64,000 bases of DNA. It comes from a virus. Taxonomy: Duplodnaviria > Caudoviricetes. A program made the translations under genes and the position numbers. Below are positions 1 through 9,545 of the stretch, piece after piece. The stretch covers positions 96,001 through 160,000 of IMG/VR virus record IMGVR_UViG_3300009185_000001; one strand, given 5' to 3'. The first letter of the stretch is position 1. Each line of letters starts with the position of its first letter. A model generated the notes under the pieces. That model was not told the DNA's origin. It ran no database searches and saw nothing but the letters and a program-made list of their open reading frames with translations.

Positions 1-236
1 TTTGTAACAATACTTTGTATTATATGAATTTTAGAATTTTCTTTATATTCTTCAAATAATTTTGAAATACAAAATGGTGATGCATCTATTAAATAGGCTG
101 TCCATCCCTTTTCAATCAAAGCTCTAGAATTTGAAAACTTTTTACTTTCAAATGCACCTATTTCAATCAATACTCCATCGTTTTTATCTTTGTAGTATTC
201 TAGTAAAATTTTATCTTCATCGTTTTGACTGTACAT
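1..236 (-). CDS. FkbM-family SAM methyltransferase, truncated by window start
   Basis: Not in ORF track; manual translation from ATG at 236: MYSQNDEDKILLEYY..LIEIGAFESKKFSNSRALIEKGWTAYLIDASP, a typical FkbM N-terminus. Confidence 0.75.
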   Translation of the reverse strand, partial: MYSQNDEDKILLEYYKDKNDGVLIEIGAFESKKFSNSRALIEKGWTAYLIDASPFCISKLFEEYKENSKIHIIQSIVT

Positions 237-245
237 AATATTATA

Positions 246-252
246 TACTTAT
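246..252 (-). promoter_or_regulatory. Late-promoter-like ATAAGTA upstream of partial FkbM gene
   Basis: Variant of the TAA(A/G)TA motif found before many structural genes here. Confidence 0.45.
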
Positions 253-268
253 CATAAATAAAAATCAC

Positions 269-1138
269 TTATATACTTTTAAATTTTTGTTCTATAATTT
301 TATCTAAAATATCAAATTTAGAACCATTTTCTATTTCATCATCCCATTTATTATGCCAATGCCAAGTAAATGCACCCTCAAATAATTCTATATTATCTAC
401 TTTTTTAAACGGATTGCACTCTGTTCCCTCATATCCCCACTCCGAGTTAAACCATATTCCAGGTAGTACTAATAAATCGTTGTCGCATATTTTACTATAT
501 AATAAATTTCCCCATATTGTACTGTTTTTAATAATAGGAGATTTGGACAATTTATCCAAAAATTCTATAGAAAGTTTAGAATTTTTATTTAATTTCATTA
601 TAGCACCATTCATTGTAATGGTTGGTTCTTCAGCAGTAAATCCAGAAGTTCCCCATTGATATAAAAATTCATAATTATGTAAAGGAGACATATTTCTTAA
701 TACAAGAACATCCATGTCTATGTAGAATCCTCCATATTTATGTAATATCAAAAGTCTAAATAAATCTCCTTCTAGATAACATTTATCATCTACAATAGAA
801 TCGATATTTAAATAATTTTTTAAAAATGAATTTTCTAATTCATACAACAAATTCCACCTTTTTAAATTTACAAACTTAGATACTTGTTTAAAATATTTAT
901 TTTCTGATAAATCAACATTAGACCAGAGGTTAATTTCAATATTTTTATCATGATTTACAATTATAGATTTTAAAACTGTTAATTGTTTTTTTCCAAAATT
1001 TCTAGGAACTCTCCAGAAACAATGGAATTTTAATTTTTCTTTGGTATTAGAAAGATTTTTTGCATACTCAAGAGATTTTAGATAATTTTCTCTATCTGGT
1101 TTGTATAGATTTTGATTATTTTCTAGTAATTTAATCAT
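269..1138 (-). CDS. Glycosyltransferase, GT32 (alpha-1,4-GT/OCH1-like) DxD family
   Basis: DLFRLLILHKYGGFYIDMDVL signature; C-terminal WHWHN. Confidence 0.8.
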   Translation of the reverse strand: MIKLLENNQNLYKPDRENYLKSLEYAKNLSNTKEKLKFHCFWRVPRNFGKKQLTVLKSIIVNHDKNIEINLWSNVDLSENKYFKQVSKFVNLKRWNLLYELENSFLKNYLNIDSIVDDKCYLEGDLFRLLILHKYGGFYIDMDVLVLRNMSPLHNYEFLYQWGTSGFTAEEPTITMNGAIMKLNKNSKLSIEFLDKLSKSPIIKNSTIWGNLLYSKICDNDLLVLPGIWFNSEWGYEGTECNPFKKVDNIELFEGAFTWHWHNKWDDEIENGSKFDILDKIIEQKFKSI

Positions 1139-1769
1139 TTGTGCAATACATTATATACGGTCTTTGAGTTATTATTATAGGCTCATCATTCGCTATATTT
1201 TTAAACTTAAAATTATTATCTGTCATTATTGTATATATTTCTTCCCAATCTTCATCTAAATGGCATTCTATAATAATCAATTTGCATTTTTTTAACGTTT
1301 CTAACCCACCTTTGATGGCTTTTAATTCAGATCCTTCGATATCAATTTTAATACAATCTAATGATTTATCTTTAAAATAAAAATCTAATGTTGTGCATGG
1401 AATTTTATTTTTAAAAGGTGATATGTTATAACCAACATCATGTCCTAAAATATTTGACATATGAGATCCGCATTCGTATACATTTTCAAATCCTATATTA
1501 TCGGAAATTGCAACTCTTTCAAAAATAGAATCTAAAATGACAGGGTTATTGTCATTTATTTCAAATGCATAAACTTTTCCATTTGGTTTTGAAAGATTTA
1601 AAAATGAATAAGTAAATCTTCCTTGGCAAGAACCAACATCACAATAATTCCAATCTGGTTTGTGCTTTTTTAATACAATTTGATCTATTAAGTTGTCCCA
1701 ATCTATATTACCAGCCCATGTTGGTCCTTGTAATTTTTTTTTATTGTTTAATTCTTCTTGTGTTTTCAT
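1131..1769 (-). CDS. FkbM-family SAM methyltransferase
   Basis: DVGSCQG, VYAFEI, TTLD, IKIDIEGSE motifs. Confidence 0.8.
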   Translation of the reverse strand: MKTQEELNNKKKLQGPTWAGNIDWDNLIDQIVLKKHKPDWNYCDVGSCQGRFTYSFLNLSKPNGKVYAFEINDNNPVILDSIFERVAISDNIGFENVYECGSHMSNILGHDVGYNISPFKNKIPCTTLDFYFKDKSLDCIKIDIEGSELKAIKGGLETLKKCKLIIIECHLDEDWEEIYTIMTDNNFKFKNIANDEPIIITQRPYIMYCTND

Positions 1770-1776
1770 TTTTTTT

Positions 1777-1784
1777 TATTTATA
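1777..1784 (-). promoter_or_regulatory. T4-type late promoter TATAAATA
   Basis: Exact T4 late consensus, 7 nt before ATG at 1769. Confidence 0.6.
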
Positions 1785-1855
1785 TGAATAATTATGTTAT
1801 CTCATTTAAAAGTAAATCTTGTTGAATGTTTTTATTGTTACAATAAATTATATAA

Positions 1856-2659
1856 GTGATAAAATTTAACATAAAAAATATTTTAAATGCAGCAAATTAT
1901 GAGAATTTATGTAAATTTTCAATAATTCCCCCAGAAGGTAAAATATTTACAAATAATATATTACAAGAAGATTCAATAATTTTTTGTAAAACCGATTTTT
2001 TGGAGTATTTATTTGAAAATTTAAAAAATTCTAAACATAAATATACTGTAATAACACATCATTCAGATTATTCTATAGATGAATTTATTTTTAAAAAAAA
2101 ACCATCATGCATTAAAAAATGGTTTGCAATTAATCCTACGTTTATACATGACGATTTAATTTCAATTCCTCTTGGAATAAAAACACATACGGGAATATAT
2201 TTTGAAGAAAAATACAAGACAAATTGGTTTTCGGAAAATATTGATAATTTAATAAAAAACGAAAAACAGTTTAAACTATATTGTAATTGGAATAATACAA
2301 ATCCGTATAGAAATAATATAATAGAAATTTTAAAAAAAAATAATTTGAATTATACGCATGAATGCAATAAACCATTTGAAGAATATGCAACGAATATGTC
2401 CAAACATAAGTTTGTAATATCCCCTCCGGGAAATGGAATAGATTGTCATAGGACATGGGAAGCTTTATATATGGGATGTATACCAATAGTAATAAAAAAT
2501 TATATATATAATAGCTTTACCGATCTTCCTATATTGCAATTGAATGATTATTCAGAAATAACTAATAATGTTTTAGATTCTTTTATTGATAAAAAATTTA
2601 ATTATGAAAAATTAACAATTGATTATTGGAAAAACAAGGTAAATTTAAATTATGAATAA
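1856..2659 (+). CDS. Exostosin-like (GT47-related) glycosyltransferase
   Basis: FVISPPGNGIDCHRTWEALYMGCIPIV motif. Confidence 0.7.
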   Translation: MIKFNIKNILNAANYENLCKFSIIPPEGKIFTNNILQEDSIIFCKTDFLEYLFENLKNSKHKYTVITHHSDYSIDEFIFKKKPSCIKKWFAINPTFIHDDLISIPLGIKTHTGIYFEEKYKTNWFSENIDNLIKNEKQFKLYCNWNNTNPYRNNIIEILKKNNLNYTHECNKPFEEYATNMSKHKFVISPPGNGIDCHRTWEALYMGCIPIVIKNYIYNSFTDLPILQLNDYSEITNNVLDSFIDKKFNYEKLTIDYWKNKVNLNYE

Positions 2660-3404
2660 AATAAATTTTTTCTTAGTAACTTATGATAGGTTATACGATA
2701 AAGTTTTAGAAAAATTACATGAAAAAGAAGTTTCTGATATTGTTTGTTATAATATACAAAAAAACGTTCCTAAACATATAACTTCTTTGGTAAAAAATCA
2801 AATAAACGAATGGGAACTTGAGTGGAACGATTTTGATTATCAAAAAAAACAATATTACGAATATTCATCTTTTATACATTTGCTTAAAAATCCAATATTA
2901 ATCGATACTCTTACTCATATAGGAATTTTACACTACGATACGATACTGGAAAAAAATTCAATAAAAGATATATACGATGTTTTAGAAGAAAACCCCGATA
3001 CAATTTTTTATCAAAAAATAAGAAATACTGTTGATTTGTATCTTTCTAGATATGAGGTAGAATGCTTATGTAAATTTATGTCTGAAAAACTTAAAATGAA
3101 TATAGATGCAAATAACATATGGAATAATGGTTGGGTAAGCGAGGCATTAAGCGTAACGCCAAAATATATTTTTTTAAAATTTGCAAATTTTTTAATAGAA
3201 AATAAATTAGAAATAGAAAATATTTTATTAGAAAACAAATGGGGAATAATGAATAATATAAATCATAGAATATGTGGTATAATAGAAAGAATGTGGGGAT
3301 TTTATTTAATTTCTTGCGGATTAAATTTAAAAAAAATGAATATAACTCATGATTGGGATTCCTATGTCCACAAACACACCACAGAACCAAACTGGATTAA
3401 ATAA
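2652..3404 (+). CDS. Hypothetical protein, possibly glycosyltransferase-related
   Basis: Long ORF overlapping neighbour; GILHYD and GIIERMWG motifs; glycan-island context. Confidence 0.5.
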   Translation: MNKINFFLVTYDRLYDKVLEKLHEKEVSDIVCYNIQKNVPKHITSLVKNQINEWELEWNDFDYQKKQYYEYSSFIHLLKNPILIDTLTHIGILHYDTILEKNSIKDIYDVLEENPDTIFYQKIRNTVDLYLSRYEVECLCKFMSEKLKMNIDANNIWNNGWVSEALSVTPKYIFLKFANFLIENKLEIENILLENKWGIMNNINHRICGIIERMWGFYLISCGLNLKKMNITHDWDSYVHKHTTEPNWIK

Positions 3405-3407
3405 TTT

Positions 3408-3968
3408 ATGAACACATTAAACCAAATACTAAACGTTTCTAATTCTATATTAGATCAGCAAGATACTTCTTATATCAATAAACATAATTTGTATCATGAT
3501 ACTTCTTATTATCACTTAAACAGTGGAAAAGAGCATTATAGATTGCTAATGTATATTTCTTCTTTATTCACTAATTCAATTTTATTTGATGTGGGAACAA
3601 ATAAATGCATGTCTGCATTGGCTTTGTCTAAAAATGGTACAAATACAGTTAAGACTTATGATATTCTTAAAGCGTCTCCCGAATATCCTTCTGTAAGCAA
3701 TATTGAATATATTATAGGGGATTCAACAGAAGATAAAGATTTAATAAATTCTAACTGTATATTTTTAGACGTTGCTCATGATGGAACATATGAAGATATA
3801 TTTTATGATCACCTTCGCAACATAAACTGGAAAGGATTTTTACTTTTAGATGATATTCATCTAAACGATCCAATGAAAACCTTCTGGAATAGAATAACAG
3901 AAGAGAAATATGATGTTACCGATAAAGGTCATTGGAGCGGTACTGGATTAGTAGTTTTCAGAGATTGA
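3408..3968 (+). CDS. Class I SAM methyltransferase (Methyltransf_24-like)
   Basis: FDVGT..MSALAL, IFLDVAH, LLLDDI, GTGLV. Confidence 0.65.
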   Translation: MNTLNQILNVSNSILDQQDTSYINKHNLYHDTSYYHLNSGKEHYRLLMYISSLFTNSILFDVGTNKCMSALALSKNGTNTVKTYDILKASPEYPSVSNIEYIIGDSTEDKDLINSNCIFLDVAHDGTYEDIFYDHLRNINWKGFLLLDDIHLNDPMKTFWNRITEEKYDVTDKGHWSGTGLVVFRD

Positions 3969-3969
3969 A

Positions 3970-4653
3970 TTACAATCCTTGACTAATCATAATACATTCA
4001 GGATTTATAACTCCATTACTAAGACTAAGATATTGTAACCATTTATTGCAATATCTAGTTTCATCAAACATATCAAGATTGGTAGCTATTATACTTGCTG
4101 CTGATTGATCGTGCCTGTGTCCCATGCATCTAGAATCTTGTGATTCCGTATTATTTTGATTTGTCCAACTTCCTTTAAAATAGGGAATCGAATCTTTCCA
4201 TTGTTTTAAGAATTCTATACTTTTTTCATTGGTAAGATCCAATCCCATAAAACATGCTAAAATTTGATATATTTTTTCTGATTGATCTCTTGAGATTTTA
4301 AAATAATTTAACATCTCATCATTTGTCCACTGAGCACAATTCCAGCCATCCCAAAAAAACATATGTCCATGTTCTTCTATATAGTCAAATATTGGTTCTA
4401 AAGACTTTATTGCATATAATGCCGAATCACACCATAATATACTTTCATATCCTTTTGAAAATGCCTTTTCAAACGCTGCTATTTTGAAAGCATACGGAAC
4501 TTCTTGATGGGTGGGAGAGGGAATTTTACTTTCATCTGTAAATGCAAACATATCTCCCTTGAAATTTTGTTCTTTTAAAGATTCTATCAATCTTTTTTGT
4601 CCATGTGGATACCAACTTCCTTTTGCAAAATTGATAATACATCTTTTTTTCAT
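3970..4653 (-). CDS. Putative nucleotide-diphospho-sugar transferase (GT-A fold)
   Basis: AFKIAAFEKAF..ILWCDS and HRHDQS motifs. Confidence 0.55.
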   Translation of the reverse strand: MKKRCIINFAKGSWYPHGQKRLIESLKEQNFKGDMFAFTDESKIPSPTHQEVPYAFKIAAFEKAFSKGYESILWCDSALYAIKSLEPIFDYIEEHGHMFFWDGWNCAQWTNDEMLNYFKISRDQSEKIYQILACFMGLDLTNEKSIEFLKQWKDSIPYFKGSWTNQNNTESQDSRCMGHRHDQSAASIIATNLDMFDETRYCNKWLQYLSLSNGVINPECIMISQGL

Positions 4654-5924
4654 ACTATTGATGTAGTTTGTTTGCTATTAAATAAATAATAATGCAAAAT
4701 TTTATCTATATGATGTTCGGTTTTTGCTGATTTACATAAATCTTCAACCCAACACCAATCTTCTGTCAGTGAAATGTCATTAAATTCAGTTTTTTTTGCT
4801 ATTTTACTATTCCACACGCACATATGAAATGGTTTTCTATATACAGGAATTCCCTGATAATATTCAGTATTTTCATATTGTAAACCAAAATATACAATTG
4901 TAGGAACATCATCATTTATCCGAGTTTCTTGGTTAAATGAAATCACATCAACGTCCATATTTGTTTGTATAGCAGTTATTATTTCTCTGATGTAGTCATC
5001 TGATATATCATCATCATCGTCTATATATGCTATAAACCTTCCCTCACTCATATTTAAAATAGACTGTCTTTTATTACCAACTGAACGAGTCTTGTTGTCA
5101 ATAACAACTAAAATTTCTACTTCAGATTTTACTTTATATTTTTCTATCTGATTTTGTAATTTTTCAATTAAATATTTTAACTTATCCATTCTTTCAGGAA
5201 TTCCTAAAATTAAAATTGAAAATAATTTTTTATTTAAATCATGCAAATCAAAGTTTTTTTCTTTTCGTTTGTTGTAAGTTTCTTTATCTGTAAAGAAATA
5301 TGATTCATTTCTTACATATAATTGATCATAATTAGTCTTTTGATATACTGGATGTGCATGTTCGATTATTATTCTATCTGATCTATAACATTTTTTAAGG
5401 TTTAAAGATACATCAGTAAATTCATTGTCACACCATAAGCTAATATAATCCGGATGATATATGTAATTAAAACGTTCATAATATTTTTTACCCAAAATAC
5501 AAAGAGTATTGATATTGTTTTGACCTCCATCATTATACCAAAGAACACCATCTAAATTTTTAAAATGATCATTCATATCCCCTGTAATGATAGTATCATA
5601 ACCCCTTTCAATTGGAATCATATCGTCCGATGCTAATAACACTATATCCCATCCTATAATTTTATCCACATCAGCATTACAGGCTTGAATTTTTGTTTTA
5701 CTATCACCAAAAAAATATGCTAATTTAATTTTATTCTTATAATTTTCTAATTTACTAATAACAGAAGAATTATTCATAGTAGAATCATCACTATCCATTG
5801 ATATTAGAAATGCAATGCTAGAAACATTTTCAGCCATTTCAATATACTTGTCCAATACCGAAAAGAATTTTTCTGGTCTTCCTCTGGTTGGAAATTTGAT
5901 TAATAGTTTTAAGTTTGATTTCAT
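4650..5924 (-). CDS. Two-domain GT2-like glycosyltransferase
   Basis: KFPTRGR..ASDDM..LWCDNE (domain 1); SILIL..KRQ..YIDDDD..TEDW (domain 2). Confidence 0.8.
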   Translation of the reverse strand: MKSNLKLLIKFPTRGRPEKFFSVLDKYIEMAENVSSIAFLISMDSDDSTMNNSSVISKLENYKNKIKLAYFFGDSKTKIQACNADVDKIIGWDIVLLASDDMIPIERGYDTIITGDMNDHFKNLDGVLWYNDGGQNNINTLCILGKKYYERFNYIYHPDYISLWCDNEFTDVSLNLKKCYRSDRIIIEHAHPVYQKTNYDQLYVRNESYFFTDKETYNKRKEKNFDLHDLNKKLFSILILGIPERMDKLKYLIEKLQNQIEKYKVKSEVEILVVIDNKTRSVGNKRQSILNMSEGRFIAYIDDDDDISDDYIREIITAIQTNMDVDVISFNQETRINDDVPTIVYFGLQYENTEYYQGIPVYRKPFHMCVWNSKIAKKTEFNDISLTEDWCWVEDLCKSAKTEHHIDKILHYYLFNSKQTTSIV

Positions 5925-5926
5925 AA

Positions 5927-6469
5927 TTATGTGCTAGATGGGTAATAGTAATATATTGGACCTTGTATATAAGTTTCTGTTTTTAACTTTCCTTGTAATC
6001 CATGTGAAAATGCTTTATCTTCTGCATAATAAGCATCTGGAAATCTTACATCAAGTGCTATTTCCCTTCTAATAGGATTTAAATGATTTGGACATCTATA
6101 ATAAACATCATTTTCTTCAAACCAATCTTGATATCTTAGAGAATGTATGAATTTTTTGGGACCGATGTGCTGTTGTGTTATAATTCCTTCAATTCCGCAA
6201 CAATCTGGATTTGATTTTAGTGCTTCTAATATACCAAAAACATAAAAAGGAGAAACCATATCATCATCATCAACAAAAACTACATAATCGCCCTTTGCTG
6301 CTTCTAGTAGGTCGTTTCTTTTTGCTCCTATGGATCTTTCTCCGTTATCACAAACTGCTAACATTTCCACCGAATCATTTGATTGAGCCTTTAGTACTCT
6401 GGCTAAATTCTGAAAAACAGGTAATCGTTGGTGTAGTGTTGCTGTTAATATGGACAATCTTTTATTCAT
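5927..6469 (-). CDS. GT2-like glycosyltransferase
   Basis: LSILTAT..IGAKRNDLLEAAKGDYVVFVDDDD..AED; paralog of the C-terminal domain of 4650..5924. Confidence 0.8.
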   Translation of the reverse strand: MNKRLSILTATLHQRLPVFQNLARVLKAQSNDSVEMLAVCDNGERSIGAKRNDLLEAAKGDYVVFVDDDDMVSPFYVFGILEALKSNPDCCGIEGIITQQHIGPKKFIHSLRYQDWFEENDVYYRCPNHLNPIRREIALDVRFPDAYYAEDKAFSHGLQGKLKTETYIQGPIYYYYPSST

Positions 6470-6509
6470 GCTTAAATTAAGTAATATTTTATACTATTTT
6501 ATAAAAAAA

Positions 6510-7985
6510 TCAAGTTTTTTTAACTTTAATATGTTTATAATCATTAAATTTTTCTATTGAAATTTCAAAGGACTTTAAATTTAAGTTAAACAATCCATTG
6601 TCTTTTAAATTTGTTTTTCCTGCAATTTCATCTTCTCTTATTTTTCCATTTTTTAAATGTGCTTCCCATTCTATAGGATTTTGTATTCGGGGTGTGTGTG
6701 GAACAGAATAAAACCTTCCAAACGGATATCTATACACATTTAATCCAGATTTTTTTACTCTTTCTCCTAATATATTGTCCTCAGAACCCCAACCCACACA
6801 ATTTATCGGATAACCATTTACTAACTCAAAATGTTCTCTTCTAAAAACAATCACACCACCCATAAGAGCAGCAGGATCTTCGATATAGTTGAACTGACTA
6901 CAATAAGTGCTCATGTGAACAGGATTTACAGGGTATGAGTAATCGGCAACCTCTGGCAATAAGTCTACATCATGAAAACAGTAGTAATCCGAATCAGGAT
7001 TTAATAAAAAAGCTATGTTATTAATAAGTCCTTTATTAAAAAGTTCATTATCATTTTGTTCTACTACTATTAATTCAAAATTCTCTACTTGTTTTGATAT
7101 ATAATCCTTCAATCTTGGTATTAACAAATCTAATGCCTTTTTCCTATCTCTATATGGTATGATAACAGAAAGTTTTTTGTTTTTATTTATAGTTTTTTTC
7201 CTGCTATAATTTGATTGTAAAAAGGAAAGAGTATTTTCTAATTCATTTTTACTAACAGGCTCTATTTGATTGGTAAAGTGTCCCCATTTTTTGACAAAAT
7301 GGTTTGCAGACCTTTCAACATTTTCTTTATAATTTTCTTTGTTGGTTATAGAAGAGTTATCGCTACTTCCTTCTATATCTGTTAAATAATCATTACTGTT
7401 CAACACGTCAGGGAAATACCAAAAAGGTGGGGCAACGTTTTTCTTTATTAAATTATATTCAAAATCCACATGTTCAAATGCATTTATATAGGATTCATCA
7501 AAATAACCTAATTTTTTAATAAGATTGGCATTTATATACATAAATGCCCCCTGTGGATTGTGATAAAATCCTACTTTTGTTCCGTCACACTGCTCTAAGG
7601 CATATTTTAATGTTTTTTCGTTACCTGCTACCTTTTCATAACACAAATGATGTATTCCTGTAGAGTTTGCAGTTTTGATATATTCATCAAATACATTTGA
7701 ATCTTTAATGATAATGTCATCTTCAACCAGAAATAGATACTCACAATCAAATTTTTCTATTAAAAAATGCAAAGCATGGTTTTTAGAAACAGAAACTCCC
7801 AATTGAGCATTGTGTTTTATGACATAATCACCATCTAATTCATTTACATATGAATTTTTGCCATCATTAACAATAACAAGAGCATCTATCCTGTCTCTTG
7901 GAATGCTTTTTAATACTTGAGAATAATACTCAGGTCTATTATAAGTTATAATCCCTACGCCAATTTTTCCGCATGGTTTTTCCAT
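6510..7985 (-). CDS. Fusion of a GT2-like domain and a GT7 (beta-1,4-galactosyltransferase-like) domain
   Basis: N: IITYNR..LVEDD..GYFDE..FEHVDF; C: VIIPYRDR..FNKG..FHDVDLLP..GG..NGYP..GWGSED. Confidence 0.8.
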   Translation of the reverse strand: MEKPCGKIGVGIITYNRPEYYSQVLKSIPRDRIDALVIVNDGKNSYVNELDGDYVIKHNAQLGVSVSKNHALHFLIEKFDCEYLFLVEDDIIIKDSNVFDEYIKTANSTGIHHLCYEKVAGNEKTLKYALEQCDGTKVGFYHNPQGAFMYINANLIKKLGYFDESYINAFEHVDFEYNLIKKNVAPPFWYFPDVLNSNDYLTDIEGSSDNSSITNKENYKENVERSANHFVKKWGHFTNQIEPVSKNELENTLSFLQSNYSRKKTINKNKKLSVIIPYRDRKKALDLLIPRLKDYISKQVENFELIVVEQNDNELFNKGLINNIAFLLNPDSDYYCFHDVDLLPEVADYSYPVNPVHMSTYCSQFNYIEDPAALMGGVIVFRREHFELVNGYPINCVGWGSEDNILGERVKKSGLNVYRYPFGRFYSVPHTPRIQNPIEWEAHLKNGKIREDEIAGKTNLKDNGLFNLNLKSFEISIEKFNDYKHIKVKKT

Positions 7986-8806
7986 ATTTCTTGTAAATTT
8001 TTAACAACTTCTTCTTCTGTATATTCATTTTCTACTGGTCCATATCCCTGAACAACCGCAAAATTGTTTTTCTTAACAAATCTTTGATGGTTTTTTAAGA
8101 AATTTTCTGCAAAGTCTTCTTGAGATCTTATCTTGCTATTTTGATGATCAGGAACAATATCTTTAAGATAATTTTCCGCATCTTGCACGTCAGCAAACCA
8201 TCTAAAATGCGGATGGTATCCTGCTTTAATTATTTGATACGTGTGATCTACATGTTCCAGAGCATTATAAAATTGCTCGTCTATGAGTCCAACATCTTTC
8301 AAAGTATCTATATGATAATAACTAAATGCTCCTAATATATTTGGATATAGAACAATTTTAGTTTGATCCGGATAATTTATAATTCTTCTGGATACTGGAT
8401 CACCGTTTAAATTTCTATTGTGATTTCCATGAAGTCCAAAATTTAAATGTTTTATTCCGGTTGTCTTTGCTGCGTTAATATATAAATTAAAAATTTTATG
8501 ATCTAAAAGCTCAACATCATCTTCCATAAGAAAGACATGTTCACATTCAGAATCACTTAACCTTTTAAGTCCATAATTTTTCGCCTTTCCTACGCCTTCC
8601 TTTCCCTGAGTGTGTATGACTTCTACCCCTAATCCTTCATAAACGCTATTATCTCGTAAAGAAGGAGGGGTATCATCTATTACAATGAGCTTAAAAAAAC
8701 TACTTTCAAATGTATTGGTGTGTTTTAAGACGGATGTTAGGCTTTTTTGTAAAAAATTATAACGATCACACGTAATTAACGCTAAACCTATTTTATTTTT
8801 TTGCAT
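7955..8806 (-). CDS. GT2-like glycosyltransferase
   Basis: LITCDR..FLMEDD..GLIDEQF..LEHVDH. Confidence 0.75.
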   Translation of the reverse strand: MQKNKIGLALITCDRYNFLQKSLTSVLKHTNTFESSFFKLIVIDDTPPSLRDNSVYEGLGVEVIHTQGKEGVGKAKNYGLKRLSDSECEHVFLMEDDVELLDHKIFNLYINAAKTTGIKHLNFGLHGNHNRNLNGDPVSRRIINYPDQTKIVLYPNILGAFSYYHIDTLKDVGLIDEQFYNALEHVDHTYQIIKAGYHPHFRWFADVQDAENYLKDIVPDHQNSKIRSQEDFAENFLKNHQRFVKKNNFAVVQGYGPVENEYTEEEVVKNLQEIWKNHAEKLA

Positions 8807-9545
8807 AATTCTTTTGTAATGTTTCTAATGAATGCAATAATTGTTCTTGTGTAACTCCAGTTGGATCATTTTGACCGGGTATGTACTTGTTATTGTGAAC
8901 AAAATACGCATACGACAAAGCAACGCTTCTATGGGTATCTGGAAGTTCTCTGTGTCCTATTCTTTTAATTGAATTGTAGCTTTTCTTCAATCCTTCTCCA
9001 ATTGTTGGATGGTAATTGTCAGGAAGATATACTCCTTTTTTACGCAATCTTATTACGTAATCCAAAACATCCAAATCTTTTGTATTGTAGAATCTTTCAT
9101 CGAAATATCCATTATTACTGATAATACCGGAAAGCATGAACATAAATTCACTATTAAGTTCCGGTGAAGCATATAGAGTTGCTCCGCTATTCTCATCTTC
9201 CAACGGAAGACCATGCTTTCCATCACCTAGAATAAACCAAGTACCAAATACTTCTCCTAGTTTAATAGTATTTTCAAAAATCTTAGGATCATCTACTATT
9301 TGATTTGAGTGAAGTAAGAAAAAGTATTTGTATTTTTTAATTCTAAACTGAGAAATCAACCAGTTTCTTAGGGTTGCCATGGAAACTTCTCCATATACTC
9401 TATACTGATCGTTTACCATTTTATTTTTTGTTGATGAAACAACAAAAACGTTCTCTTTCAGTTCTGTTGGTATTGAAGAGTAACAAGAATCCAAGTCTTC
9501 TTGTTCATATATATCAATAATTCCTATTCCTATTTTATCATTCAT
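8793..9545 (-). CDS. Degenerate GT2-like paralog
   Basis: KIGIGII start and GYFDERF match the two neighbouring GTs, but the EDD motif is absent. Confidence 0.5.
   Translation of the reverse strand: MNDKIGIGIIDIYEQEDLDSCYSSIPTELKENVFVVSSTKNKMVNDQYRVYGEVSMATLRNWLISQFRIKKYKYFFLLHSNQIVDDPKIFENTIKLGEVFGTWFILGDGKHGLPLEDENSGATLYASPELNSEFMFMLSGIISNNGYFDERFYNTKDLDVLDYVIRLRKKGVYLPDNYHPTIGEGLKKSYNSIKRIGHRELPDTHRSVALSYAYFVHNNKYIPGQNDPTGVTQEQLLHSLETLQKNYAKK

Noticed and set aside
2080-2345. Poly-A tracts in GT genes as phase-variation switches
   Set aside because: Runs of 8-10 A/T are common throughout this AT-rich sequence and frames are intact
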